Positions 39,551-53,456 of a stretch of DNA of 64,000 bases are shown piece after piece. Within the stretch, counting starts at the first letter, position 1, and each line of letters starts with the position of its first letter. Below the pieces are notes generated by a model. That model ran no database searches. It was not told where the DNA came from and was given only the letters and a program-made list of their open reading frames with translations. The DNA is from Eledone cirrhosa (lineage: Eukaryota): assembly GCA_964016885.1 (NCBI GenBank), contig OZ024756.1:14074001-14138000 (forward strand). Reading direction: 5' to 3'. The position numbers were made by a program, and so were the translations under genes.

Positions 39551-41230
39551 ATCTTTAGATATAACTATAGACCGTATGAAGGGGTAGCTATTACAATATA
39601 CTGTATATCAGGGATGTTAAAAGTCAGGCCCATCTTTAGATTTAACTATAGACCGTATGGAGGGGTAGCTATTACAACATACTGTATATCAGGGATGTTA
39701 AAAGACAGGCCTATCTTTAGATATAACTATAGACCGTATGGAGGGGTAGCTATTAAAATATACTGTATATTTGGGACGTTAAAAGACAGACACATCTTTA
39801 TATTAGATGTAATTGTGGGTTGTAAGTACAGACAGACAGACCCAACAGCTACCACAATCTACTGTATATCAGGGACGTTAAAAGACAGGCCCATCTTTAG
39901 ATATAACTATAGACTGTATGGAGGGGTAGCTATTACATTATACTGTATATCAGGGACGTTATAAGACAGGTCTCCTTATATTCGATGTCTGTATATGAGA
40001 AACGTTATAAGACAGGTCCACCTTTTTATAAGCTGCAACTATGGGCCGTATGGAGTGAGAGACAGGCACAACATTATATTAGATGTAATTACCACAATCT
40101 ACTGTATATCTAGGACGTTAAAAGACAGACACATCCTTATATTAGATGTAATTTTTGGTTGTCTAAGAATGTAGTAACCATCAAGGGTTCTAAGTATCAA
40201 GAATGTAAAAGAAGCATCTAAGGTTCGAATTCAACTGTCTTCCAAGAATCTAATTAACCATCAAGGGTTCTAAGTATCAAAAATGTAATAAGAACCTTCA
40301 AGTATGTAAAGAAAGTATATCGGGTTGTATGGATAGACAGACAGACCTAACATTATATTAGATGCAACTGTGGGCCGTTATATATATCTACCTCGATATC
40401 TCATCAGATATGCGCATTTATATGTGCAAAAACGCCGCATGTAACTTTAATTACATATGTAGGGGGCGGTGATCGAGTAATTGGACTGTAGACCCTATCG
40501 GTAAAACAGCCTAAAAACCTCATAGGGGACACACCCTAGATGCAGGGTACAATCATAATGACAGGGGCCCGGCTCTGCTCGATATCTCATCAGATATGCG
40601 AGTTTATATGTTTATACTTCGCTTGTAACAGTAATTACGGACTTACCTAACATATATGTGTGTAGTTGACGGGGATCGGATAAGTGGGTTGTAGACCCTA
40701 TCGTTAAAACACCCGATAAAACCTCATAGGAGACACCCGTATAATAACAGAGCTGCTACGGGGAAAACTAGGAAGGGTTTAAAAAAAACTACACAAGATA
40801 TATTTTTTGTGAATAAAAAGAAACATGTTGAATTTTATTATTAAATCCCTATATTTTATTGTTTATTTTCAACACTGGAAGCCGTAGTCCCACTCCTATA
40901 TGCAGGGGATCTCGTCGTTTGATTTGATCTGGGGACAATATCGTTCGGCACACCCGGAATGACGAAGCAGCCTTCTCTAGGGACAGTACTGCTTGCTCCA
41001 TATGGAGAGGGGTCTAGAAAAGTTGTGCTAAACCACAGTATACTGTATATCAGGGACGTTAAAAGGCAGGCCCATTCTTTTATCTCAGAGAAAAAGTCTT
41101 GCTGAGTATCACTGCGGAGGTATTCCTCCGGCTCGTCTCCCACACCACCCAGTTGGCAAACCGTGGTCAACGGGCATCTTTTCACGCGGCCGAAAATCAT
41201 CAAAGAATAAAAAGTAAACACCCACCTTCA
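39550..41230 (+). repeat. Further partial copy of the mosaic modules, including a B-box-array fragment at 40165-40325
   Basis: Shares blocks with 22980-23500, 19925-20080, 24640-24830 and 25315-25760. Confidence 0.8.
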
Positions 41231-41314
41231 ATACTATCGATAATGATAATCAAAAGTATAAACAATTGAAAATTTCCGTCAACGAAATCTTCCAGAGAGA
41301 AATTAACTCATGTA

Positions 41315-42277
41315 TAAACTAGACATGAAAAATGCGCAAGCTCAAAAGTGCCACAGAATGTTATAATAAACCTTCAAAGGTGTGGGACTAGAGTTGTTGC
41401 TAAAAAATATTGTAATAATTATATATCGTACATTCTGTGGCATCCTTTATAAAAATAGCTTAAACCAACGAAGCCTTTATTTTTACGCTATTTCACTTAG
41501 TTAATTCTTAGAGTGTAACATATAAAAATATGATTTACAACTATAAAATAAATTAATTAATATAATAACAGAGCTGCGGAGCTGAAATTTAGGAAATAAT
41601 GGAGTATCGGATCCTGAGTTGGAGCCAGTCAATTTTTGGCCGACTCCGCAGCCCTGTATAATACATTTCATATTAAAGTTATTAATAAACCTATTTTACA
41701 CTGCATGCAAATTACCATGAGATATTGATATTAGATATAAGATACAGCGCAATATCTACAGCTGTAAAAGTACGAAAGCGAAGTAATAATAAGTGGCTTA
41801 AGGTAATTCCAATATGAAAGTTTGTAGTGATAAAAATTTGATAATGCAATACGATTGTTAATATTATAGTTCTATGAAAATGTAACAATAGATAACTAAA
41901 TTATTTTACTATTAGTATATTTAAGAAATTATCATTATAGATTTGATCGTTCATATAAGCATCATATTAATTTTCAACACAATTATTTTGTTACTATGAG
42001 TATATGATAATAATATTACGTAATTATTTATAGCTGTTATTACATTAAACATAGATGTATTTATTTTTATATGTTACACTCTAAGAATTAACTAAGTGAA
42101 ATAGCGTAAAAATAAAGGCTTCGTTGGTTTAAGCTATTTTTATAAAGGATGCCACAGAATGTACGATATATAATGATTACAATATTTTTTAGCAACAACT
42201 CTAGTCCCACACTTTTGAAGGTTTATTATAACATTCTGTGGCATTTTTGAGCTTGCGCATTTTTCATGTCTAGTTTA
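41315..42277. mobile_element. Fold-back element with ~215-bp near-perfect inverted repeats and a nested small MITE (41569-41657)
   Basis: 41315-41530 is the reverse complement of 42062-42277; the nested MITE has ends cagagctgcggag...ctccgcagccctg. Confidence 0.8.
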
Positions 42278-43173
42278 ATATTTTTTTAAGGCAACGCTTG
42301 TAATAACTCTAGTTAAACAGGATATATATTAATAATAAATTATCGTTGTAATGTAATTAGATTATGTAATTGTTATTATAAATTATCTTATAAATATTAG
42401 TGTAAGATGTATAAAAATATTTTCAGACTTTTAATAGTCCTGTAGAAACCATTTAGATATATAATTGAACTGAGTTAAAAATTCACAATATTTATAATTA
42501 AATAAGCTCATATATATATATGTGTGTATTTATCTGTTTATTGTATTATATATAATGTGTGTGTATACAGGATGTCCCCCAAAAATATATACACACTTCA
42601 ACAGCATTCTAATAACTATTGCCTGTACAGGTAATCAAAGTGTCAATCGAATGTTAGTTTCGTGTTTTAACAGTACAAATTTACAATACACACATAAAAC
42701 CAGTGTATATACATACATGAGTGTGTATACACATACATGAATGTGTATATACAATATATATAGACACATATATTCACGGTGCAACGGAACATTAAAATAT
42801 AGATGCGGGGGGGGGGGGGGGGTGTATATATAGGGGCGCTGGGGATAAAGGAGTGTAAAGCGTAAATGTGTAATTGATATATTGAAGGAGAGGAGCGTGC
42901 AGCGATAGAGTAACAAATATATAGAGAGGGGGAGAGATGGTATTGAAGGGGAGGAGTGCAAAGCGAAAGAGTAAGAGAGATATATATAGAGACGGAACAG
43001 ATAGAGAGAAACGGGCGTAAGTAACAGTGGAAGAGATATAGAGAGAGGGGGTAATAAATAAATGGAAATATAAGTGTAACAGTATAAGAGATATATAGAG
43101 AGGGGGAAATGTGTTATTGAAGGGGAGGAGTGTAAAGCGAAAGCGTAAGATATATATAGTGAGAGGGGGAATA

Positions 43174-43211
<38 letters not shown>

Positions 43212-43229
43212 ACACTTACTCTGATTGGT

Positions 43230-46200
43230 TGAAAATTAGCCAATGACATACGATCACCACCACCACGGCTATCCCCGGAAAATTTATGAAGAAGTTACGC
43301 ATATATGTTAGAACACGAAAAGTGAACATTCTGTTGTTTCACACTTTTCGTGTTCTAACAGATATCTCTCTTGCTGAACGTGTTAAAACGACAATGTTGA
43401 ATAAAAAACCAAATAATGAAATACTACGTGTTATTGACGATATAGGGGATGATTATTTACGACGGATAAAACCCTCAACATTTTGGCAAATCAACGCCTG
43501 TTTATATGCCTTAGCAACGACAGTGAAGCATTATCTTGGTAATAGCAGAGATATTAACAAGAACAAAACACCACTAAAAATACCATCATATATAACTAAA
43601 ATAGAAAAAAAGAGTGCTGACCTACGAAAAAACATAGGATATGTGACAATGCTCCTTACATGCAAACAAACACACAAAAAAACTCACTCCTCACCAACAA
43701 AGAGTGAAAAATAAAATAGAGACGATGTTTGGTAACAGTAGAACCAGAACTCTCCAATATAAGCTAATCACCCTCAAACAAGAATTGAGAGCTGTTAGCG
43801 AAAAACGCCGATACCTGAAGAAGGTAGATGTGAGAAAAGTGCTTAATAACAGATTCAGACGAAACCAAACATCAGTCTATAGAGATATGAAGGGCAAAAT
43901 AATAAGTGTCACTGAGGCCCCATCCCAGAAAAACATAGATTCCTTTTGGAGAAAAATATGGGGTGAAAAGAAGAATTTCAACCAAGATGCAGTGTGGCTA
44001 AGAGAAATCCGAAAGAACTATTGCTCCTACACTACAACAAAAACATACGAAATAAGTGAGGGTACCCTTGAGACTGTGATAGAAAAACTCCAAGATAAGA
44101 AAACACCAGGAAGAGACATGATTGTCGGCTACTGGTACAAAAAACGAATATTCTATCGGAGGTATCTTACTGACCTTTACCAACAAGTTCTTAAGGGAGA
44201 TACACTTATACCAGAATGGTTGACATTAGCACAAACGTTACTGGTCCCCAAGAACAAAGACACCCACTTGGCGAAAAACTACCGACCCATTGCATGCCAG
44301 AACCTGATGTATAAGATGTATACAGCCTGCCTGAACCTATTCCTCCAAGATCACTGTGAAAAAATAACATCATCACAGATGAACAAGCAGCTGGAAAGAA
44401 AGGGGTTTGGTCTGTGCTGAACAACTCCTAATCAACAAAGCTGCGATGTCGGAGGTGCGACAACTTAGGAGGAATATGACTACAGTCTGGCTGGACTACA
44501 GGAAAGCTTTCGATTCTGTTCCCCACTCTTGGATGATAGAGGCCCTCCAACTTGCTAAAGTCCCAGACATTATTGTCAGAGCCATAGAGAGGCTGTCTTC
44601 TTCTTGCGCTACTATCCTAAGGTTAAAGACAGAGAGGGAGGACTCTATTTTCACTGATAAAATAAAATATTGCAAGGGTATATTTCAGGCGGACAGTCTC
44701 TCTGATATTATTCATCTTGTCCTTTCTGCTCAAGAAATGTGAGGGATACATCATTGGCTCACAGGAGGACAGAAATACGAACCTAACCCATAATTTCTTT
44801 GTGGACGATCTGAAACTCTATGCCAAGAACATGGATGGGATGAAGAAAAATCTTGACCTGGTTACAACGTTCTCAAAGGATATAGGAATGGAGTTTGGCT
44901 AAGATAAATGCTCATACATGACTGTAAAGCGGGGAAAAACAACAACCCAATCTAGCAACATTGTCATCAATGGCCTAACTGTTTCACCGATATCTGATGA
45001 GGACTGCTACAGATACCTGGGGATAGATGAGAACATATCCTATAATGGTATCTGTAATAAAGAACGCGTAACCAGGGAATACTACACTCGATTAAGAAAG
45101 ATCTGGTCATCGGAACTCTCTACGCAAAACAAAACAGTGGCTCACAATGTGTTTGCTGTGCCTGTCCTCTTGATCTTGGAACTCGAAAAATACTGAACAA
45201 CACCGGAAACTTCCACATCAGCAGTGACATAGACCGCCTTTACTTGAAACGTAAGCAGGGAGGCAGAGGCCTAACATCAGTTGAAATGTCGCATCATATC
45301 TCTCCGACAACATCTACGAACCTCGAAGCGTAGGAGCCCGTTTCTCGAACAAGTCTATCTGCATGAAACAAATAAGATCATGAGAGTTGGGAAGGAACTC
45401 CTCGAGATATATTCCCTGTGTGATAATCAAAAACTCACACCCAGGGATGTCGCTCAGCAGCATCGCAGTGAATCCATGGATGAAAAACTGCATGCCTATC
45501 AGAAAAAAAATCATGCATGGATATGTTGCCAGGAAGCTCCAGAGTGAGAGTAATATAGATAAGGAAAGTAGTCTATCTTGGACCAACAACCGCTATATTG
45601 GCCCCCACTTTGAAGGATACGCTTTTGCAATCGAGGAACAGGAGATTAGCACGAAATACCTGATTCACAAAAGAGATAGGGATGCAGGCAAAACACCTAG
45701 ATGTGATAACAAGTGCAGACTCTGCAGAACTAACATCGAGGATATCACCCATGTCATCAGCAGCTGTCCAAAGATGTCATCGCGGTACTATCTACCTATG
45801 ACGCATGATGTAGTGGCCAAAACACTGTACAATGCAGTTCGTAAAAAAGATAGCCCCGATAATAAACACATTAAAAGCTACAACAATGTGGAAGACATCC
45901 ATATACATAATATGAAAGAGTACTGGTGGAATGTTCCAGTAAAAAACCCCAATAAAATGCAGGCATAACAGACCAGATATTATGATATGGAACAGAGAGA
46001 AGAAAACATGCACAGTAGTGGAAATTAGCTGCCCAGCAGATGCAAATATATCAAAGATTAGTGAAAAGGAGAATATTTATGCAGAACTGATGAGAAATCT
46101 GCAGATATTCCACCCTGATTACACCTTCAGATTTATGCCTCAATACAAATCTTGAGAAGCTAGGCTTCACAGGAACAGAAAGAACACAACTAGTTAGGAA

Positions 46201-46500
46201 ATTACAAGTACAATCCATTAATGGAACAGTAAAAATATGTAAAACATTCCAACAATTTTGCATCTAATAACTGCATATACACATGTACAGATACAAAGCA
46301 TATACACATGCACACATACAACTCAAAACATACACATCCACACATACAATAACATCCATATCTACACATGCATGCATACATACATATCTACCTAGTTGAT
46401 GTGTAAATTCCAATGAGAGAGTCTTGTGTCTATGTTAGAAACCGACTCTCTCTCTATTGGTAAAACTTTGTGAAATTATAAAACCAGAAGAATATACATA
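43230..46500 (+). mobile_element. Near-complete but frameshifted R4/Dong-type non-LTR retrotransposon (RT, CCHC, RLE)
   Basis: NYRPIAC, WLDYRKAFDSVPH, GIFQADSLS, FVDDLKLY, YRYLG, CRLC..H..C, RPDIMIW...VEISCP; flanked by (TA)n and (TACA)n. Confidence 0.88.
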
Positions 46501-46629
46501 CATACATATATATACATACACACATATATATATTCATATACACACACATATATATACATACATACATATATATATATATTCATATACACACACATATATA
46601 TACATACACACACATATATATATACGCAC

Positions 46630-48575
46630 CTTGATTGATTCCAGGTTTAAGGGTGTGGTTATAGGGAAGGAGAGAAGGGGAGGTGAAGTGTGCCATTGAC
46701 AGATGACCCTAGTTCTTGGGATGTTGAAAAACAGGTCAACCTTTAATAAGCTGCAACTGTGGGCCGTATGGTGCGAGAGACAGACCCAACATTATATTAG
46801 ATGTACCTGTGGGCTGTTTAGAGGGACAGCTACCACAATATACTGTATATTAAGGACGTTAAAAGACAAACCCAGCATTTTATTAGATGTAACAGCAGCT
46901 GTATAGAGGGACAGCTATCACAATATACTGTATATAAGGGAAGTTATAAGACAGAACCATCCTCAGATGTAACTGGGCCGTGTGGAATGACAGCTAGCAC
47001 ATAATACTGTATATCAGGGACGTTAAAAGACAGAACCAAACATATTAGATTTGTGGGCCGTATCGAGGTACAGCTTCCATAATATAGTTTATCTGGGACG
47101 TTAAAAGACCCATTTTTTAAATACATGTAACTGTGGGTCGTATGGAGGGAGAGTTACCACAATATACAATAAGGGACGTTAAAAGACAAACACAAGCTTA
47201 GATGTAACAGCTGCCGTATCGAGAGACAGCTTCCACAGTATGCTGTATATCAGGGACGTTAAAAGGAAGGCCCATTCTTTTATCACAGAGGCTGCCCAGC
47301 ACTCTTGACAGTAAGTAAGCTTAAAGATGTAGGTATTCCCCCATCTTCACATCAGTAAGTGTACCACCCTCCCCATATCACAATAGGTGAGCCTGAACTG
47401 AAAACAGTCCATCATTTCAGCTACCTGGGGTGCATTTTCACATCGGGTGCCAAGATCGACAGGGAAATCAGCAACAGACTGGCAAAGGTGAGCAGTGAAT
47501 TTAGTAGAATGTACTAACGCGTGGAAGATTAAACACGCAGCTGAACTCCCAACTACGCTGGACAGGGCACGTCTCTAGGTTGAAGGATTATCGTTTGCCC
47601 AGGATCACTCTCAAATCTCTGTAGGAGTTCGTGACAAGAAGGCCAAATATCAAGAACTTTTGTAGGAGCGAGGGAGAAAGGTTCGCAGCGTATGGCGATA
47701 ATGGGCAGTAATTTGGCCACCAATGCTGACACACCAGCGAGAGGGTGTTACGGTTGAGGGTCAAAATTCCAAATGAACGTAGGAGACGGCCAGTTGACAT
47801 CAACACCTCCTGGCCAAGGCTATGTCCATCGAAGGTGAATGAATGTGAGGCACCTGAAGACATAATTATGCCTATATATATATATATATCATCGTTTAAC
47901 GTCTATCTTCCACGCTAGCATCGATTAGACGGGTTTGTCCCATTTAGAGGCAAGTTGAGTGATCGTGTCTCGCTCATTATATATATATATATATATAAGC
48001 AGGATCGAAGTCAATTGCAGCATATATATAAACTTTATTGGTATATTGCAATCGTATCGATAATCTCATGGTACAATCATAATGACCGGGGCCCGGTTCT
48101 GCCTCAATATCTCATTAAAAATGCGAGTTTATATGAGCAAAAACACACCGCCTGTAACTTTAATTACGGACTTACTTAACATATATGTGTGTAGGGGTGA
48201 GGATTGAATAACTGCACTGTGGACCCTATCATTAAAACACCTGAGAAAACCTCATGAGACACACACCCCTAGATGCTGCTGCAGAATACAAAATGAATTT
48301 ACAAGATTCAGAAAATATTTAGCACGGTTGAAGAATTGAATCAACAATTTAAGGTCTTTCATCTCAATCTTGAAAGAAACATTTAAATACACCGAAATAT
48401 TAACTAAAACTAAGAAGAGTTTTAAAGAAATACACTCGACAAATTTTATTAAATCCCTACATTTTATTGTTTATTTTCAACATGAATTGGAACACTTGGT
48501 CTGTGTATTTCATTAGGAATACGGTAAGAAAAGACTTCACCTGGATAGGACGACAGTCGATTGCAAGGTTAAAGT
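46630..48575 (+). repeat. Collinear copy of the composite unit (21480-25450 and 29165-29775 blocks)
   Basis: Same module order and shared junctions. Confidence 0.82.
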
Positions 48576-49319
48576 TCTCACCTCTAAAACCACCTATTGT
48601 TAGGAATTCTCACCATTGTCCTGTCAAAAGACAACTATGATAAACGTATATACCACTTGATCTGTGACCCCCAGGAAGAAGTAGGAACTACTATGGGTCT
48701 GTAGAAAGTGAATGTTTCACATCGTTATTCTGCTGCTTCGCTCTCTCTGTTTGTCCAAGCCATTGTATTTATAACCCTAAAGCTAGAGGGATGTGTAAAT
48801 AGCTCGATTTAGGAGTAGCCATGTGTTTCATCTATCAAGTACCTGGGGTGACAAGTCAAACGTTTATCATAGTTGTCTTTTGACAGGACAATGGTGAGAC
48901 TTCCTAACAAAAGGTGGTTTTACATGCCACAACTTTTAGATTCGGTTTCGATTCTTCGACAGGTAAAACATAATCGAATTCTGTTACAAATTAATTAATA
49001 AAAAATGTTAAATGTTGTTATATTGGCAATGTAATGAAACAGGTGTGTATCTCATTAAGAATAGGTTAACAACTAGGCAGGTGTAAATAGTAGATGATAG
49101 GAGACTAAGAGGGAAAGGTTTACAAAAATATCTCAACATAATATTAAAATCTAGGTTACCTTTCGGAAAGCTGCTCTTGTCCATTGTTAAACCATTTAGC
49201 AAGTTTCGGGAAAGATTGGAAAATTCTACAAACTGACGGCCATTTTTTTTTCTTGCTGTGGATGGAGTTGAATGCGCAAGCGCGAGATTTAGGAACCCAG
49301 TGCGCATGTTTCAAGTATT

Positions 49320-49705
49320 CTTGCCATGCTACAGCACCTTCTAAGATCCCTGGCCATGCTACAGCACCTTCTAAGTAACCCTGGCCATATTACAGCAATA
49401 TCTAAACAGCCTGGCCATACTACAGCACCATCTAAGATCCCTGGTCTTGCTATAGCACCTTTTAAGATCCCTGGCCATGCTATAGCACCTTCTAAGTATC
49501 CCTGGCCATACTACAGCAATATCTAAACAGCCTGGCCATACTACAGCACCTTCTAAGATTCCTGGCCAAGCTACAGCACCCTCTAAGTATCCCTGGCCAT
49601 ACTATGGCAATATCTAAACAGCGTGGCCATGCTACAGCACATTCTAAGATCCCTGGCCATAATACAGCACCTTCCAAGTATCCTGGCCATGCTACAGCAC
49701 CTTGG
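49320..49705. repeat. ~30-bp minisatellite (~12 units); shorter copy at 37200-37325
   Basis: ggccatgctacagcaccttctaagatccct. Confidence 0.9.
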
Positions 49706-49816
49706 ATGTGGAGGTGGGGTTGTAGGTGAAAGTAGAACCAAGAGTGGAATTATGGAAAATATCATCCATGTTAAACTTATCCTATCTATGACTGCATGAT
49801 GATGATGATGATGAAG

Positions 49817-49847
<31 letters not shown>

Positions 49848-49849
49848 GT

Positions 49850-50856
49850 CTAGGGCGGGTAAAATTCTCAAGATCCATGGACACATGTAGTGCAACATCC
49901 TTGAGGGATGACGGGGGCTGGATAATAGTATTGTTCACAGATGTTTAATTTGTAGCCCACCATTTTAAGACAAGCCAGGGCATGGTGTAAAATGCCCTGG
50001 TACTATGGTGTTTAGGTATTATCCGGGGTCCATCTGTAGAATGACAGCTGTAGTCTATGGCTGCAATTGACGACGGTTTCGGCTCGAGTGTTGATCAGAT
50101 CAGGGGGCGCTTGCACGATATAGTAAAGGTCCATGAGACAGAGCTGGCAGTTTTTCTTGAAGTTGTAGGGTGTTGCCTGGTTGAGAGTTTCCCAATAAGT
50201 GGAGAAGCTGATGCCAGCGTCGTTTAAACAGGTGATGTAATTGGTGAGGGATGTAGAGTACCTTAGCTTCCTATTCCTAAAAGAGTGAAGATGCTTCTCG
50301 AAATCTAGTCTTGAACGACCCAGAAGTGGCCCCTATGTAATATTTGACACTATTGTGGCTAGTAATAGTACATTTTTAGTTAGGCATTGGCCCCAGAGCG
50401 GACAGTTGCAGTTCTTACTACAGTCCCCTCCGGACCGGCGGTTGTTAGTACCCACCGTGATACTATTATTTATATTATTATTATCATCAGGACAACGGCT
50501 TCCATTGTTGTCGTTAGTATTACCAAAGTTAAGGACACACAGGGTAGTACCATGTGTACGCCGTATGTTACCGCGCCTTCTACTGTGGTCCATACCATAG
50601 CCATCAGCCGTACTACTATGGTGGCGAGCATGCCGGTCAAGGTTACCACCAACATTGCCGGATGGTTATCCAATCTGCCGTACTCTCTAAGATTGTCATT
50701 GCTAGGATGCTGTGTGTTAGTGAGCTTGTTGTAGTTACTTATCGCTATGAGGTCAGCTAGATTGGGTGTAGTGGAGAAGGATATTTTTACATTGTTCTTA
50801 TTGAGGATTTTTCTGTATTTATGGTTAGATGGGAAGTTTTTCTCTAAGGCCTCCAA
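49850..50856 (-). mobile_element. Penelope-like element, decayed GIY-YIG endonuclease region
   Basis: NFPSNHKYRKILNKNNVKISFSTTPN; CNCPLWGQCLTKNV; YIGATSGSFKTRF; CQLCL. Confidence 0.85.
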
Positions 50857-50857
50857 G

Positions 50858-51429
50858 TGATAGCGAGTTGCCTTTTACATTTAAGAGGCTGCAGTTCCCA
50901 GTGAGGCCATGCTTTGTCATGAGCATCAATAAGAGTCAAGGTCAAACTTTCAAAACTATTGGTATAGATCTGCCAAACCCATGTTTCAGTCATCGCATAT
51001 TTAATGTGGCCGTTTCAAAGACTGGAACTTCAAAAAAATCTCTGAATTTTAGCCATATCAACAAATGTTGTTTACCCTAGGACAAAGTATGAAATATATT
51101 TTCATGTATTTATTATGTTAAAAAATAAATAATTAAACTTTCAATTTCTAATTTGAAAATAATGCTTTACACAAAAATGTTTAGAATTGATATTTTGAAA
51201 AAAATTATTTACAAGAAACAAAATAAGAATAAGATTTAATAATGTAATTTTGATTTGATATATTACAAAAAAATAATGTTTTCCAATTTTCCATGCATTA
51301 CATTTTACATTGAGTAATATTGAAATGCAGAGTTTTTCTCCATAAATTATATCACTGATTTAAAATCAATCATCATTTTCTTACAAAAAAAATGTGTGAA
51401 ACGCAGCAAAGAGCAGGTAATTCGGCTAG
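50858..51429 (+). mobile_element. Helitron 3' end (Pif1-type helicase C-terminus, terminal CTAG)
   Basis: LPFTFKRLQFPVRPCFVMSINKSQGQT...CFSH..NVAVS; GC-richer subterminal stretch, then CTAG at 51426-51429. Confidence 0.82.
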
Positions 51430-51430
51430 A

Positions 51431-51461
<31 letters not shown>

Positions 51462-51612
51462 GGAAAAGAATCAGGATCCCAACGGCTGAGCTCTTGCCGC
51501 TTCGTCCTGACTCTTCTCCTATTACCCAGTATCAAGTACTCTGGTGCGTTAATGTCCATCTGGTTACTTACCACACTTCCTTCGTTATATATATATGTAC
51601 ACATATATATAT

Positions 51613-51645
<33 letters not shown>

Positions 51646-52744
51646 CATATATGAAAGGCAGATTTTATGATGCTTGTATACGAATGGCTATTTTACATGG
51701 CAGTGAGACCTGGGCATTGTGTGCAGAGGACCTGCGCCGACTGGAAAGGAACGAAGCATGCATGCTCCGTTGGTTGTGTAATAGTAATATACACGAACGG
51801 CAAAACATAAACGAACTAAGTGAGAAATTAGGAATAAGAGGGATCAGATGCTGTTTACTTGAGAGAAGATTACGTTGGTATGATCACGTGATGCGCATGA
51901 AAGACGACAGCTGTATAAAAAAGTGCAGGGCGATCAAAATTGATGGAAGTTACGGAGTAGGTAGACCCAGAAAAACCTAGGACGACTTGATAAATTCCAA
52001 CCTTTCACCTTGCACCTCTCTAATACAATGTCACTGGACCAAGATCTTTGGTGCTACGCAGTAATACAGAAGACCCGCCTTCCCTACTTGCAAAGTTAAA
52101 CCAACAGTCAGTAGGCAACTCTTCACCAAACATACACCCCTAACCCACTACCTCTACTCCATCATTCCAACACCACCCTTTCTCTGTAAAGTTATGTTAT
52201 TTCCACCATATCCAGTCCAAACTAATGAGGTTGTGTAGGTGTCACGACAAAAAGAAAAAAGAAAACATTTTCCATGCTGTAATATGGCCGTGTAGGTAAC
52301 ACGATAAAAAGCTCCCAGTCCACACTGTAAATGTGGTTGGCGTTAGGAAGGGCATCCAGTCGTAAAAAACCTGCCAGATAGTCCTATACAAACAAGACAC
52401 GGTCACCCGACCAATCTTGCTTCAAATGGAACAATTCCCATCTAACCCATGCTAGTGTGGAAGACATGTTAAACGATGATGATGTATACACATATATTTA
52501 TATGTATATATACACACACACACACATATTGATTAAAGTTTAGGCAAAGAATCGCGATCCCGTTAAGGGTGAAAGCAGCGATTCTTTGCTTAAAGTTTAA
52601 TCTGTTATTTTAATAAATATTTGCTCTAGGGTTCTTATATATTTGATATATATTTATCCTTATCGAGCCCTCTTTGGATTTTAGTCTTCACATTTATTAT
52701 TATTACTATACACATACACACACATATATATATATACATATATA

Positions 52745-53386
52745 TCATCATCATTATCATTTTACGTCCGCGTTTCCCTGCTTGCAAGGGTGGGATGGGT
52801 CCTATTCAGCACAGCATCTCTCCACCCGTCACGGTGCCCCGCAAGCCTCAGCGATCTGAGGTCACCTCCCACCACCCCCGCCCATGTCTTTAGTGGTCTT
52901 CCTCTACTGCATCTTCCTTCCACTGGCATTTCTTTACTCAGCAGTCATCCCCATCTCGTCTATACCATCGCAGTCTTCTCTCCCGCACACCACAACTTAT
53001 TCCTCTTATACATAATTTCTCTCTCAACTCATCCATGCATTACACATCCAACAAAGCATGCTTGTTTCATTTCTCTCCAGCCGTCGCTGCCCATGTCTCA
53101 CATACCATGCAGCATTGCACATCTCACACAGGCATGCCACTACATCTCTTGTTTACCCAAGATCTGCATGGTGTACATTTTATAGAGTTTATGCCAGCTC
53201 CTTTTCTACATTTCGAACATGGCCATTTCCCTGATGGAATCAGAGTTTTGTCCTCTTGATTCCAACTGCTGTTTCCATAGCCAGAATTTATTCTCTAGCT
53301 CCCTTACTGATTCTGCTATAAGAACCAGATCGTCAGCCAGTCTTAAACTCCTCTGTTATGGCCTGGAGGACTATAATGAACAAGAG
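52745..53386 (-). mobile_element. RTE LINE copy with multiple deletions
   Basis: Blocks match 27588-29008 in reverse complement. Confidence 0.85.
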
Positions 53387-53456
53387 TTAAACGATTATGA
53401 TGATATACATATATATATATACATATAGATACACACACACATATATATATATATAC

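Noticed and set aside
50829-51080. Host PIF1 helicase gene
   Set aside because: Isolated fragment with degenerate motifs, no splice sites and a Helitron-like CTAG end.
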